64,000 nt of DNA from an uncultured delta proteobacterium (GCA_963737905.1 CAVTUQ010000002.1:64001-128000); one strand, 5' to 3'; numbered from the stretch's first letter, positions 49,381 to 60,875 are shown. Program-made: numbers and translations. The notes: a model not told the origin generated them from the sequence alone.

Positions 49381-52300
49381 AAACTCTTCTCCGTACGGTA
49401 GCGTGAAAGTAAACTTACTCCCTTTCCCCACTTCGCTTTCCACCCAGATCTTTCCTCCGTGTAATTCGACGATTCTTTTTGCGATGGCGAGCCCGAGCCC
49501 CGTGCCCCCCTTCTTCTGCGTGATGGAGCCCTCGGCCTGTCGGAACTCGTCGAAGATTTTTTCGCGATCCGTCTCCGGGATCCCTGGCCCGGTATCCGAC
49601 ACCGACACCAGCAAATTCCCGTTCTCCGCTGCCACGTCGATCCGAACCTCCCCCGAGTCCGTGAACTTGATCGCGTTGCCAACGAGATTCAACAACACTT
49701 GCGCAATTCGCCGCTCGTCCCCTAGCGCGGCAGGCAAGTCGGCAGGAACTGTGACCTTCAGCGGAAGATTCTTCTCCGCGGCCAGAGATTGCGTGCCGGA
49801 GACGACGGCCTGAATCACGTCTTTAATCGAATAAGGGTTGATCGCCAAAGTTAGTTGGCCGGCCTCGATCTTGGAGAAATCGAGCACGTCGTTGATCAGG
49901 CCGAGCAGATGACGGCCGCTTTTGTCGATTCGTCCGTGGACGTCTCTAACCTTCTCGGGCAGCTCGCCGTACACGTTCATCAGGAGCATCCGCGTATAGC
50001 CCAGGACGGCATTCATCGGCGTGCGCAGCTCATGGCTCATACTCGCCAAAAACTGCGATTTGTACTTGCTCGCCAGCTCCAGTTGATGTCCCTTTTCCTC
50101 GATCTCTCGAAAGAGCCGTGCATTTTGTATCGCCAAGGCCGATTGAGTCGCGAAGGTCTGAAGAAGTGGACGACTTCCGGCGAAAAGCTGCCGGCCTGCT
50201 TCCGCCACACCGTCAACGCCCCCATGATGCGCCCTTCTCGGAGAAGCGGAACCGCCAGAACAGATCGATATCCGAGCCGAGCCGCGATAGGCCGGAGTCG
50301 CGTAGCCCCGAGTTCCTGCTCCTCTAGCAGATTAACGACTTGAACTGGAGCCCGAGTGATTGTCGCCCGCCCGGTCGCGCCCTCTCCCTGTCGTATCGGC
50401 GCTGCCCGAATGGCTTCGACTAGTTCTTCTTCCATACGGTGGCTAGCCCTGAGACGAAATTCCTGCCCACCTTCGTCGTACTCGTAGATAACTCCACTGT
50501 TGGTACCTGAAAGCTGGACCGCATGGCCAACGATGGTGCTGAGCACGGTCTGGAGATCGAGAGTAGAGCTGACCGCCTGACCGACCTCGCCTAACGCTCT
50601 AAGCTCGCCGACCGACTGTGCCAGCTCGCGGGTCCGCGCCTCCAGTTCCTGGAACAGCCGCACGTTCTCGATTGCGATCACCGCCTGGTCGGCGAAGGTT
50701 TCTGAGCAGTTTGATCTGCTTGTCGGTGAAGGGACGGACCTCCATGCGGCGAATATGAATCGCCCCGATGGGTAGTTCCTTCGCGCAGCAATGGCGTGGC
50801 AAGATCGTCCGAACGCCCACGTGCTGGCAAAGCTGCAGACTCCGGAAAGTCATCTCTCTGCCGCGCAAGTCATCGGAATGTGAATTGTTCGTCGGTCAAT
50901 TATGGCTCGCGCCGTTGGTAGAGCCACGGTCGATTGGAGAATTCCCGCAGGTCCCACCCGGCAAGGCCCGTAATTAGCCACGATCTGAAGCATGTCACCA
51001 TCAACGCGATAAATCACCGCGTCAGTTGCATCGCACAGCCGCGCCGCATTCTCGGCGACCACATCCAGCACCGGCTGAATGTCAGTCGGCGAGCTGGCGA
51101 TGACGCGGAGGATTTCGCTCGTAGCCGTCTGCTGCTCCAACGCTTCAGTGAGATCGCGATTGCGGACTTGCAATTCTTGGAAAAGCCGCACGTTTTCGAT
51201 CGCGATCACGGCCTGGTCGGCGAAGGTCTTGAGTAGCGCGATCTGCTTGTCGGTGAAAGGGTTGACTTCCGCGCGACGAATCAGAATGGCCCCGATGGCG
51301 ACCCCCTCACGGAGCAATGGGGTCGCCAGTCTCGTCTGCAGGCCGAATTGTTTCTGATAATCCATGCTCACCGTGAATTCGTCCTGCGACGCCGCTTCCA
51401 AGTCATGGACATGGATTGTCTCTCGATCAAGCACTGCTCGGGCAGGCACCGAGCCGCGGTCCATAGGTCCTGCTTCTCCGATTGGTCCTGTAGGTAGCGT
51501 CCCATATTTAGCCACTCGCCGAAGGTTGCTACCATCTACACGGAAAATAACTGCGAGGTCCCCACCGCAAACACGTGCGGCACTCTCGGCCACTACATTC
51601 AGCACCGGCTGGATATCTGTCGGCGAACTGGCGATGACACCCAAGATTTCACTCGTAGCCGTTTGCTGCTCCAACGACTCCTTGAGTTCTCGGAACAGCC
51701 GCACGTTCTCGATGGCGATCACCGCTTGATCGGCGAAGGTTTCGAGCAGTTTGATCTGCGCCGGGGTGAAGGGGCGCACCTCGGTGCGACGCGCGGTCAA
51801 TACTCCAATGAGTTCCCCCTGCTGACGAAGGGGAGCGGCCAAGAAGGTGCGGAAGTTGCCGGCGGAACCCAACATCGGGAAATCGTTCTGCGCGCGGACG
51901 TCGGGAATGTGGAGCGCGCCGTGCTCGCGCATCCAGCCATACTGTGGCTCATCAATACTGATCTCGGGGCGGTCAATAGGTATGGGACCAAAATGAGCCC
52001 GCGGAACCATGGCGTTCCCCTCGCGGAGTCGCAGCACCACGTCATCAATCCCACAAACCCGCGCGGCGCTCTCGACGATGGCATCCAGCACCGGCTGCAC
52101 ATCCGTTGGCGAGCGGCTGATGATGCCGAGCACCTCAGCCGTTGCAGTCTGATGCTCCAGGGCTTCCCGCAATTCAGCGTTCCGCTCTTGGATATCCTTA
52201 AACAGCCGGACGTTCTCGATGGCGATGACCGCTTGGTCGGCGAAGGTTTTGAGAAGCGCGATCTGTTTGTCGGTGAACGGCCGGACTTCTTTTCGATGGA

Positions 52301-55300
52301 TTACAATCGCGCCGATCAAATCATTCTCTTTTAGCAAGGGAACGGCTAAGACACTCCGCATCCCCTGGTCACGATAAGGCCCGGTGCGATAAGCGGTCAG
52401 TTCTGGATCGGCAAGAACATCCGGTACATGGACCAACCGCCGTTCCAATGCGACCCGGCGTACCGCGCTCTCTCGCCCTGGACGAAAAGGCGTACCCAGC
52501 GCATACGCCTCCATCGCAGGTGCCACATTGTATAATGCAACGCCTCGAAGGGTCTCGCCATCAAATCTAAACATCGCACCATTTTGCGCCTCGCAGAGGC
52601 GGACTGCATTGTCGAGGATCGTCTGAAAGACGGGCTGCAAATCAGTTGGCGAACTGGCGATCACGCCAAGAATTTCGCTTGTCGCCGTTTGCTGTTCCAA
52701 CGCTCTCGGTACTGGTTCCTTCAGCTCTTGGAACAATCGCACGTTTTCGATGGCGATGACGGCTTGGTCGGCGAAAGTTTCGAGCAGTTTGATCTGCACC
52801 GGGGTAAAGGGGCGCACTTCAGTGCGACGCGTAAACAGCGATCCGATAAGTTCCCCTTGCTGGCGAAGGGGGACGGACAAGAAGGTGCGCCAGCCGCTGC
52901 GGGAATCAACCGTCGGGAAGTGGAAGTCTTTCCGTTCGCGGGCGTCAGGAATATGGAGTGTGCCGTGCTCGCGTAACCAGCCGTACAATGGTGCATCCAC
53001 ATCGGTCTCGACGCGGAGAACGGGTATTGGGCCAAAATGAGCCCGCGCAACCATTGCGTTCCCCTCGCGGAGTCGCAGCACCACGTCATCAATCCCACAA
53101 ACCCGGGCAGCGCTTTCAACAATCGCATCGAGCACCGGCTGGACATCGGTGGGTGACCGGCTGATGATGCCGAGCACTTCGGATGTGGCTGTTTGATGCT
53201 CCAGGGCCTCTCGCAATTCAGCGTTGCGCGCTTCGAGTTCCTTGAAGCAGCCGCACATTCTCGATAGCGATCACGGCTTGGTCGGCGAAGGTTGTGACAA
53301 GCTCGATCTGTCTCTCGGTAAATGGCCTGACTAGCATCGGACCAGATCGAGATCGGCCGATGCGATTCGCCTCGCGAAGCAGCGGAACGACTAGCAGGGT
53401 GCGCGCTCCGAACGTGCTGGAGTCGGCCTTAGACTCCGGAATCTCAGTTCGATGTCCGCAATATAGATCGGCTTGCGCTCCAGGAACGCCTGACCCGACG
53501 ACGTATCACGCCCGGGCCGCACTGACGCTTCGACTGCATAGCTGATCACGCCTTTGGACGCCGACGTCTGAAATAGGCAACAACTTGGAGAAACTCCCCA
53601 TCGAACTGGCGAATATGAGCCTTGCTTCGCGCCGGCAGAGCCTCACCGCATTTTCTACGAACCGTATCGAGCACCGGTTGAAGTATCAGTCGGCGAACTC
53701 GCAATGACTCTTAAGCACTTCGCTCGTCGCTGTCTGCTGCTCTAGAGCTTCCGTAAGATCGCGGTTGCGGACTTGCAATTCTTGGAAAAGCCGCACGTTT
53801 TCGATCGCGATCACGGCCTGATCGGCGAACGTCGTAACTAGCTCAATTTGCTTCTCTGTGAAAGGCTCGAACTACAGTCCTTCGAATCAAGATTACGCCA
53901 ATGAGGGTGCCCTCTCTGAGCATCGGGACTCCGAGAGTCGTCCGAGTGCCTCCCAGAGTGTGAGCTTCCGCAAGTTGATACTCAGGATCCGCGACGATGT
54001 CGTGAATATGAATGACACGGTGTTCAAGGGCGACCCGCGCCACGGTGGTTCCTCGCCCCGGTCGAATCGGGTTTTGCTCGAGGAAATCCTTGAATTCAGG
54101 CGGAACATTGTAAGCGACAGCCCGCCGCAGCACTTCCCCATCGACTCGCAAAATAAACCCGGAATTCGCACCGCACAATCTTGTTGCATTCTCGATGAGT
54201 GTTTCCAGCACCGGCTGCAAGGTCGAAAGTTGAGCGGCTGATGACTTTCAAGCACTTCGCTGGTCGCGGTCTGCTGCTCTAGCGCTTCGCTCAGGTCACG
54301 ATTTCGTGATTGGAGTTCCTGAAACAACCGGACGTTCTCAATGGCGATGACGGCTTGATCGGCAAAGGTTTCAAGCAGCTTTATCTGCTTGTCTGAGAAG
54401 GGGCGAACCTCTATCCGACGGATCATGATCGTTCCGATCGGCACACTCTCACGCAGTAAAGGCGTGGCAAGCACGGTCCGAAGGCCGATCGTCTTAGCGA
54501 GCGACGCATTTGGGAACTCGTCCTCTGGTTCCGCTGCAAAGTCATGTATGTGAATGGTTTGTCTGTCAATGATGGCTCGACCGGATATCGAGCCACGGTC
54601 AATTGAGGCGGGACCCCCACCCAGCGACCCCGGCAGCGATCCATAATTAGCCACCCTCTTCAAGGAATCACCATCGATGCGACTAATCAAAGCGTCGTCA
54701 GCCTCACACAACCGCGCAGCACTTTCTGCGACCGCATTTAACACCGGCTGGATATCCGTCGGCGAGCTGGCAATGACGCCCAAGATTTCGCTCGTCGCCG
54801 TTTGCTGTTCCAACGCCTCCTTGAGCTCTTGAAACAGGCGGACGTTCTCGATGGCAATCACCGCTTGATCGGCGAAGGTTTCGAGTAATTTGATCTGCGC
54901 CGGGGTGAAGGGGCGCACCTCGATGCGACGCGCGCCTAGTCCTCCAATGAGTTCCCCCTGCTGACGAAGGGGCACTACTAATAAGGTGCGGTAGTTGCTG
55001 AAGGGTGCCAACATTGGGAAATCATTCTGCGCGCGGACATCGGGAATGTGGAGCGAGCCATGCTCGCGCATCCAGTGATACCGTGGTTCATCAATACTCA
55101 TCTCGATTTGGGCAACGGGTATGGGACCAAAATGAGCCCGCGCAATCATAGTGTTCCGCTCGTGGAGTCGCAGCACCACGTCATCGATCCCACAAACCCG
55201 GGCGGCGCTCTCGACGATGGCGTTAAGCACCGGCTGCACGTCCGTCGGCGAGCGGCTGATGATGCCGAGCACCTCGGCAGTCGCCGTCTGATGCTCCAGG

Positions 55301-57533
55301 GCCTCGCGCAATTCTGCGTTGCGCTCCTGGAGTTCTTTGAACAACCGCACGTTTTCTATGGCGATCACGGCCTGGTCAGCGAAGGTTTCAAGGAGTTTGA
55401 TCTGTTTGTCTGTGAACGGCCGCACCTCGTTCCGACGGATGGTAATTGCCCCGATAGGAGTACCTTCACGCATAAGGGGAACCGCCAGCCCGGTCCGAAT
55501 ACCCAGACTCTTTAAGCTATGCCAGACATCCGCATAGTCCGCTTCGCGCTCTGCCAACATGTCATGGACGTGGACCGGCTGCTGGTTGAGTATGGCGCGG
55601 CCGCTCAACGAACCACGCCGAATTGGCCGTGTCTCGCCGACGGCGAGCACCGGTGAGACGACCCCGTAGTTCGCCACTTTCCGCGCCATGTCACCTTCGA
55701 CGCGCCAGATTTGAGCATCGACGGAGCCACAACTCGAGCAGCGTTTTCAGCAACAGCAGCCAACACCGGCTGAATATCCGTCGGAGAGCTGGCGATGACA
55801 CGAAGTATCTCACTCGTCGCGGTCTGCTGTTCGAGCGCCTCGGTAAGATCGCGGTTGCGAACCTGTAGTTCGTTCAGCAGTCGGGTATTCTCCATCGCGA
55901 TCACGGCCTGATCGGCAAAGGTAGTTACCAAATCGATCTGCTTGTCGGTAAAGGGCCGTGCTTCCGTTCGACTGAGCGTGATGACGCCGAGCAGGTCATG
56001 TCCCCTAAGCAGTGGCACACCCAGCGCTGCCCGGTATGGTTGCACTTGCCACGCCTGATAGGTGTACTCCGGATCCGACAAAATATCCGGTATGTGAATG
56101 GTCTGTCGTTCAAGCGCAGCTCTCGCAGTGACGCTGTAACGTCCGGGCGTGAGCGGGTTGCGCTCGACAAATTCTCGCAGTTCCGCAGAAACGTTGTAGG
56201 TGACCGCTAGCCGCAATACTCCGTCTTCGAGCCGCAGAATGAACGCCTGCTCCGCCGCGCACAGTCTCGCCGCGTTCTCAACCAGTGTTTCAAGGACCGG
56301 CTGCAGGTCAAAGGCCGATTGACTGATGACTTTGAGCACTTCACTGGTCGCCGTCTGTTGCTCCAACGCTTCGGTGAGATCGCGGTTGCGAACTTGTAGT
56401 TCGTTGAACAAGCGCACGTTTTCGATGGCAATGACCGCCTGATCAGCAAAGGTCTGAAGTAGAGCGACTTGCTTGTCAGAAAAGGGACGAACCTCTAATC
56501 GGCGAATAATAATCGCCCCGAGGGGAATTCCCTCGCGCAGTAACGGGGTGGCAAGCACGGTACGATAACCAAAGCGGCGTGCCAAAGCGATGCCGACTGG
56601 GAATTCATCTTCCGACTCTGCCGCGAGATCATGAATGTGGATCGTTTGCCTGTCGATGACGGAACGAGCAAGTACCGAGCCACGCTGGAGCGGCATTTTA
56701 TCAGCCTCGGTAAGGCCAGGGATATGTCCGTACTGAGCGACCAAGGGAAGGACATCGCCGTCAATGCGCCGGATAAGAGCGTCGCTTGCACCGCATAATC
56801 GAGCTGCATTTTCCGCCACAGTATCCAGCACCTGCTGAATGTCAGTCGGTGAACTAGCAATAACACCGAGAATTTCGCTCGTCGCCGTTTGTTGTTCCAA
56901 TGATTCAGTGAGCTCCTGAAACAGCCGAACATTCTCAATGGCGATGACAGCCTGGTCGGCGAAGGTCTTCAGAAGTCGAATTTGGCCGTCTGTGAACGGC
57001 TTAACCTCGAGGCGCCGGAGCCCTATCAACCCGATCGCTTGCCCCTTCCAGAGGAGAGGCGTGTACACAAGGGTGCGGAGCCCGATTGGCTGTACCCGGG
57101 CGCGGGTTGGCGCAAACATCGGATCTTCTTCAGCCAGAATGTCGTGGATATGCACGGTCTCACCGGACGTAAGAACATGCCGGTTCAGTGGTTCATCGGC
57201 GATCGGGAGCGCGACAATCGTAATCGGGATTGGACCGACATGGGCCATCAGTCGGAGCATGTTACCGTCGACCAGGCGCACTGAGGCATCCTCCGCGCTA
57301 CATAGACGCGCGGTGCTCTCGACGATCGCGTCGAGAACCGATTGAAGTCTGTCGGCGAGCTCGCGATCATCCGCAGGATGTCGCTAGCCGCAGCGAGTTG
57401 TTCCAGCGCTTCGTCGCGCTCGCGCTTTAACTCCTCAGTTGCCTGTGGATACTTGAGACTGAGACTTTTTCGGCAGGGCACGGGGTTGCTTTGTCGTTGA
57501 TTTTTTCGAGCCTCTTTTGGTGGTCGTTGCCAT
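49348..57533 (-). CDS. Giant cytoplasmic histidine kinase B: 14 tandem GAF modules + HisKA + HATPase_c (many frameshifts in this sequence)
   Basis: Start [11 protein letters not shown], homologous to the kinase A leader. Thirteen FADQAVIA(I/M)EN module ends plus a final [46 protein letters not shown]. About 2700 aa if intact. Confidence 0.85.
54353..54783. repeat. GAF module copy 2, about 99% identical to 43307-43737
   Basis: Same alignment as copy 1; a single amino-acid difference (GGGPTSID vs GGGPASID). Confidence 0.92.
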
Positions 57534-58155
57534 TTTCTGCTTTGATTTCAAAGAGGATTCACCGAGGAGACACCGAGTTTACAGAGAGTTTATTCAACGC
57601 CATTATCGTTTGATTTTCTTGGCAACTTCCGCGCGCGGCAGTTAGCCAGCACGGAAGCCCCAATTCCAAAGATGTCGCTGAGGCTATTCCATGTGTGGCA
57701 CGAGCGTCAAGAGCGATCACACCCAAGGTTTAACAATATCGCCGAAGCGAATGAAAGTTACTAAACCCGGTCGAATTTACCATCCTGTAGGATTTAGACT
57801 GAAAGTCCGTGCCTTCAAAGACGAGGAGAGCCAATTAAAAACGGTCGTTATTCTAATGAAGGAACTCGGACCGTTGGAGGCTAGCCGAGCCTTAGCTTTG
57901 CCAAGAAGAAACGGATCGAATCGGTGAAACACCATTGGCGATGGCAATCTCAATTGCAGCAAGGCCAGTTCTTTGACCGAGTGTTTGCGGCAAAGTTTGA
58001 AAGATCTGTGAGAAAGTATGATTATCGGCGGTTCGAGAGAGAATGCAAATCTAAAGACGCCTAGGTTAGCGGCTTCAACACCAATCTAGCGTTAACCAAT
58101 TCGACTTTAGGATCAGATCTATTTTTCAACGGAACTCTGCCGCGTTTAACCGACC

Positions 58156-58395
58156 TCACACGGCTTCTTTAAATTGAACTACATCCACACTGATGCGGGA
58201 GGATGGTTTTACTCGACCAATGACGAGCTTCTCCATCGCTTTATAAATAGTGGCTTGAAAATATTTCTCTCCACATTGTTGGCAAACGCGTGCGGGAACG
58301 TCTTTAAGAACCTTGAGCTTTTTGCCCCAGCGAAAATCGACCTCGGTCTTGGCTTCGACCACTTTACCCTTGCAGAAGTAACATTCCGTAATCAT
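58156..58395 (-). CDS. YgiT/MqsA-type zinc-finger protein (putative antitoxin)
   Basis: MITECYFCKG and DVPARVCQQCGEKYF; directly downstream of DUF4258. Confidence 0.85.
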   Translation of the reverse strand: MITECYFCKGKVVEAKTEVDFRWGKKLKVLKDVPARVCQQCGEKYFQATIYKAMEKLVIGRVKPSSRISVDVVQFKEAV

Positions 58396-58399
58396 GAAA

Positions 58400-58711
58400 T
58401 CACCTGGCCTTCCTTGTTTGCCAATCGTCCTGCCACTCTTCCGGATCAGGCTCATATGCAGTTACAACCAGAATCTCTTCCGCTTCCAATCGGGCAACAA
58501 GAATATGTAAAGGCCTGTTGCCGATACGGCCAAGGATTAAACAACTGGCCCCCCTGGGATCGTTAGGATAGTCTTCGATGATATTACCCGATTTTACCGC
58601 CCGCTCAATGTCCGCGGCTTTTATCCTTCTCAATCGTAATTTTTCAGTGTGAGTAAAAGAAATCGAGTACCTTCCCTCACCAAACTTCTGCCTGATATCT
58701 TCTATATCCAC
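58400..58711 (-). CDS. DUF4258 family protein (putative RelE-like toxin)
   Basis: IIEDYPND, SCLILG, RPLHI and VTAYEPDPEEW motifs. Confidence 0.87.
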   Translation of the reverse strand: MDIEDIRQKFGEGRYSISFTHTEKLRLRRIKAADIERAVKSGNIIEDYPNDPRGASCLILGRIGNRPLHILVARLEAEEILVVTAYEPDPEEWQDDWQTRKAR

Positions 58712-58989
58712 ATCTGGCCCTCATCTTGGCCATGCCGCAGCACGACGCTTGCCCGGTATCCGAACGAGTCGTGACTAAAGTCAGTACCACAGGAGACACC
58801 GAGCCTTCAGAATCTACTCCGTGTCTTCTGCGCCGGGTGGTTAGGGTGGAATACGACTGAGCTGTCTTTTACGCCATGGGACTCGCTATCGTCAAGGCGA
58901 TATGATTCACCGATCTAACAAAACAAAGGCCGACGAAGCCTGAAAATAATTTCACGACATCGCCAAAGAGCGCCAGGGGAATCACTTGT

Positions 58990-59026
58990 TTGACAACGGG
59001 CGCGGAAGTGGACTAACCTTAGTCCA
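58990..59026 (+). promoter_or_regulatory. TA promoter with an operator palindrome over the -10 box
   Basis: TTGACA-18 bp-TAACCT; perfect tggactaa-cc-ttagtcca at 59009-59026; ATG at 59030 with no RBS. Confidence 0.65.
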
Positions 59027-59029
59027 GTC

Positions 59030-59269
59030 ATGTCTACGGTCAATATTCATCAGGCAAAAACGCAATTCTCTCGGCTTGTCGATCTGGCAGCCGGCGGTGA
59101 AGAAATTATCATCGCAAAAGCGGGCAAGCCGGTTGCCCGCTTGATACCCTACGCGCCGAAAGGCACGGTGCGCCGGCCTGGGACCATGCGCGGCAAGATT
59201 CGCATCAAAAAGAGCTTCGACGCGCCTCTTCCGAAGGAATTGCTAGACTCCTTCGATGGGAAGTCGTGA
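59030..59269 (+). CDS. Phd/YefM family antitoxin
   Basis: VNIHQAKTQFSRLV, GEEIIIAKAGKPVARL and FDAPLP motifs. Confidence 0.93.
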   Translation: MSTVNIHQAKTQFSRLVDLAAGGEEIIIAKAGKPVARLIPYAPKGTVRRPGTMRGKIRIKKSFDAPLPKELLDSFDGKS

Positions 59270-59272
59270 TCA

Positions 59273-59668
59273 GTGCGGCTGCTCCTTGATACTCACGTTC
59301 TTCTTTGGTGGTTGGCGGATGACCGAAAACTACCGAAACCCGCGCGGGAAATCATTGCTAAACCCGACAACGACGTGCTGGTGAGTTCGGCGTCCGTCTG
59401 GGAAGTCGCCATTAAAGTTGCGTTGGGCCGAATTGAGGTCGAGCTGGACGACCTGGAAGATGCGATTGCACGCAACGGCTTCCGCTCTCTACCGGTCGGG
59501 TTCCGGCATGCCATAAGGGCCGGCCGTCTACCGGCCATACACCGCGACCCGTTTGATCGGATGCTCGTCGCCCAAGCCAGCGTCGAAGAGCTACGGTTGG
59601 TTTCTCATGATCGAGTTTTTGAGCGATACGGTCTCGGTGGTGAAGGTTTGCCGCCGATCATTGTGTGA
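59273..59668 (+). CDS. vapC: VapC family PIN-domain toxin
   Basis: LLLDTHVLLWW, VSSASVWE and HRDPFDRMLVAQA motifs. Confidence 0.93.
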   Translation: MRLLLDTHVLLWWLADDRKLPKPAREIIAKPDNDVLVSSASVWEVAIKVALGRIEVELDDLEDAIARNGFRSLPVGFRHAIRAGRLPAIHRDPFDRMLVAQASVEELRLVSHDRVFERYGLGGEGLPPIIV

Positions 59669-59697
59669 AGGCCTGCAAATTCCCAATTCTGAAAACT

Positions 59698-59726
59698 GTA
59701 GGGGCGGGGTTTGAGACCCGCCCCTA
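59698..59726. repeat. GTAG-type REP hairpin
   Basis: gtaggggcggg-gtttgaga-cccgccccta, between convergent genes. Confidence 0.65.
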
Positions 59727-59762
59727 AAACCACCTAAAAAAATTCTGGCCGACTCGTAAAAA

Positions 59763-60875
59763 CTAATGATGCGCAGCCTGCTCGTCCAACGACAGATTCA
59801 CGTAATGGTGCGACTTCGATACCGGACCGATCCCTTTGACGATCGTCTGCCAGTGTTCGCCTTCATCATCGCTGTAGAAGACATCTCCGTCCGTGGTGCC
59901 GGCAAAAATCGCGTAGCCGCCGTTCCACACATCCATCGCCATGCCTTCGATATTGGCGCGGATATGGTCGGGCAGACCGCCGCTCAAGAGGTCCCATGAT
60001 TTGCCGCCATCACGGCTGCGCGCGATGCGCGCGTCTGCTGTGTGGAGGTTCCTCCAGGTCCCCGGGCCGGTCTTGGCTCCGGCCACGAACAGTAAATTAG
60101 CATCCTTGGGATGGACGAAGAACGGGTCGACATAGCCGATTCTAAAATCCCGCGGCGTCATGCTCTTCCAACTCGCGCCGCCATCCGTGCTCACGCAAAA
60201 ACCGGCCGGAACTTCCGGCCCGCAATTAGTCGTCGGCGCGGTGCCGTACAGTTTTCCGGGATCATTGGTAGGAACCAGCACCCGGTGCGCATCGGGGTTA
60301 ATGCTGTCGATCGTCGTCCAAGTTTTGCCGCCATCCGTGCTTCTCAGAAAACCGCCGACCTCGACGGCGACGTGAATGATGTTCGGGTCATTCGGGTGAA
60401 AGGTTATGCTTTTCGCATGCGCCTGATGGGGCGGGCCGGGGAAGGTCCACTTCTCGACGCCGGGCACTTGACGCAGGCCTGGAAGCTCCGTCCAGCTCTT
60501 GCCAAGGTCGTCACTGTAAAACAAGTGCGCCGGTTGCGTCCCGGCATAAACTCTCGGCTTACCGCCGACCAATTGGCTGGCGAGAGAATAGATTTCCTTG
60601 TCGACGATGCCTTGATCTCTTTCATCCCAGCTTTTACCCGAGTCGCCGCTGGCGAAGATTTTGCCGTTATAACTGCCGGCAAAGAGCATCCGGCTCGTCG
60701 GCTCGAAGATGATCGCGCTGATATGCTGGTCGGGTAGCATGGTTTCCTGCCGTTTCCACCCACCGTTGTTTTTCACGAAGGAAAAGATGCCGTTCACCGT
60801 ACCGACGAGCAGCTTGTCCTTTGCCGCCTCGCCAACCGTGACCGACTGACCTCCGGGCGATAAACATACAAACAT
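59763..60875 (-). CDS. BNR/Asp-box beta-propeller protein (sialidase/GH74-like fold)
   Basis: Repeated SxDxGxxW boxes (SGDSGKSW, SDDLGKSW, STDGGKTW, STDGGASW, SRDGGKSW, SDDEGEHW); AGGAGG RBS. Confidence 0.88.
   Translation of the reverse strand: MFVCLSPGGQSVTVGEAAKDKLLVGTVNGIFSFVKNNGGWKRQETMLPDQHISAIIFEPTSRMLFAGSYNGKIFASGDSGKSWDERDQGIVDKEIYSLASQLVGGKPRVYAGTQPAHLFYSDDLGKSWTELPGLRQVPGVEKWTFPGPPHQAHAKSITFHPNDPNIIHVAVEVGGFLRSTDGGKTWTTIDSINPDAHRVLVPTNDPGKLYGTAPTTNCGPEVPAGFCVSTDGGASWKSMTPRDFRIGYVDPFFVHPKDANLLFVAGAKTGPGTWRNLHTADARIARSRDGGKSWDLLSGGLPDHIRANIEGMAMDVWNGGYAIFAGTTDGDVFYSDDEGEHWQTIVKGIGPVSKSHHYVNLSLDEQAAHH

Noticed and set aside
40640-55300. A complete diversity-generating retroelement in this window
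   Set aside because: No reverse transcriptase, Avd or non-coding template is visible, and the copies also differ at non-adenine and synonymous sites. Kept only as a testable hypothesis.
38807-57533. GAF linker repeats as a CRISPR array or integron attC cassette array
   Set aside because: The repeats are in-frame coding sequence with synonymous variation and ~500-bp spacing; no cas gene, integrase or attC-like structure is present.
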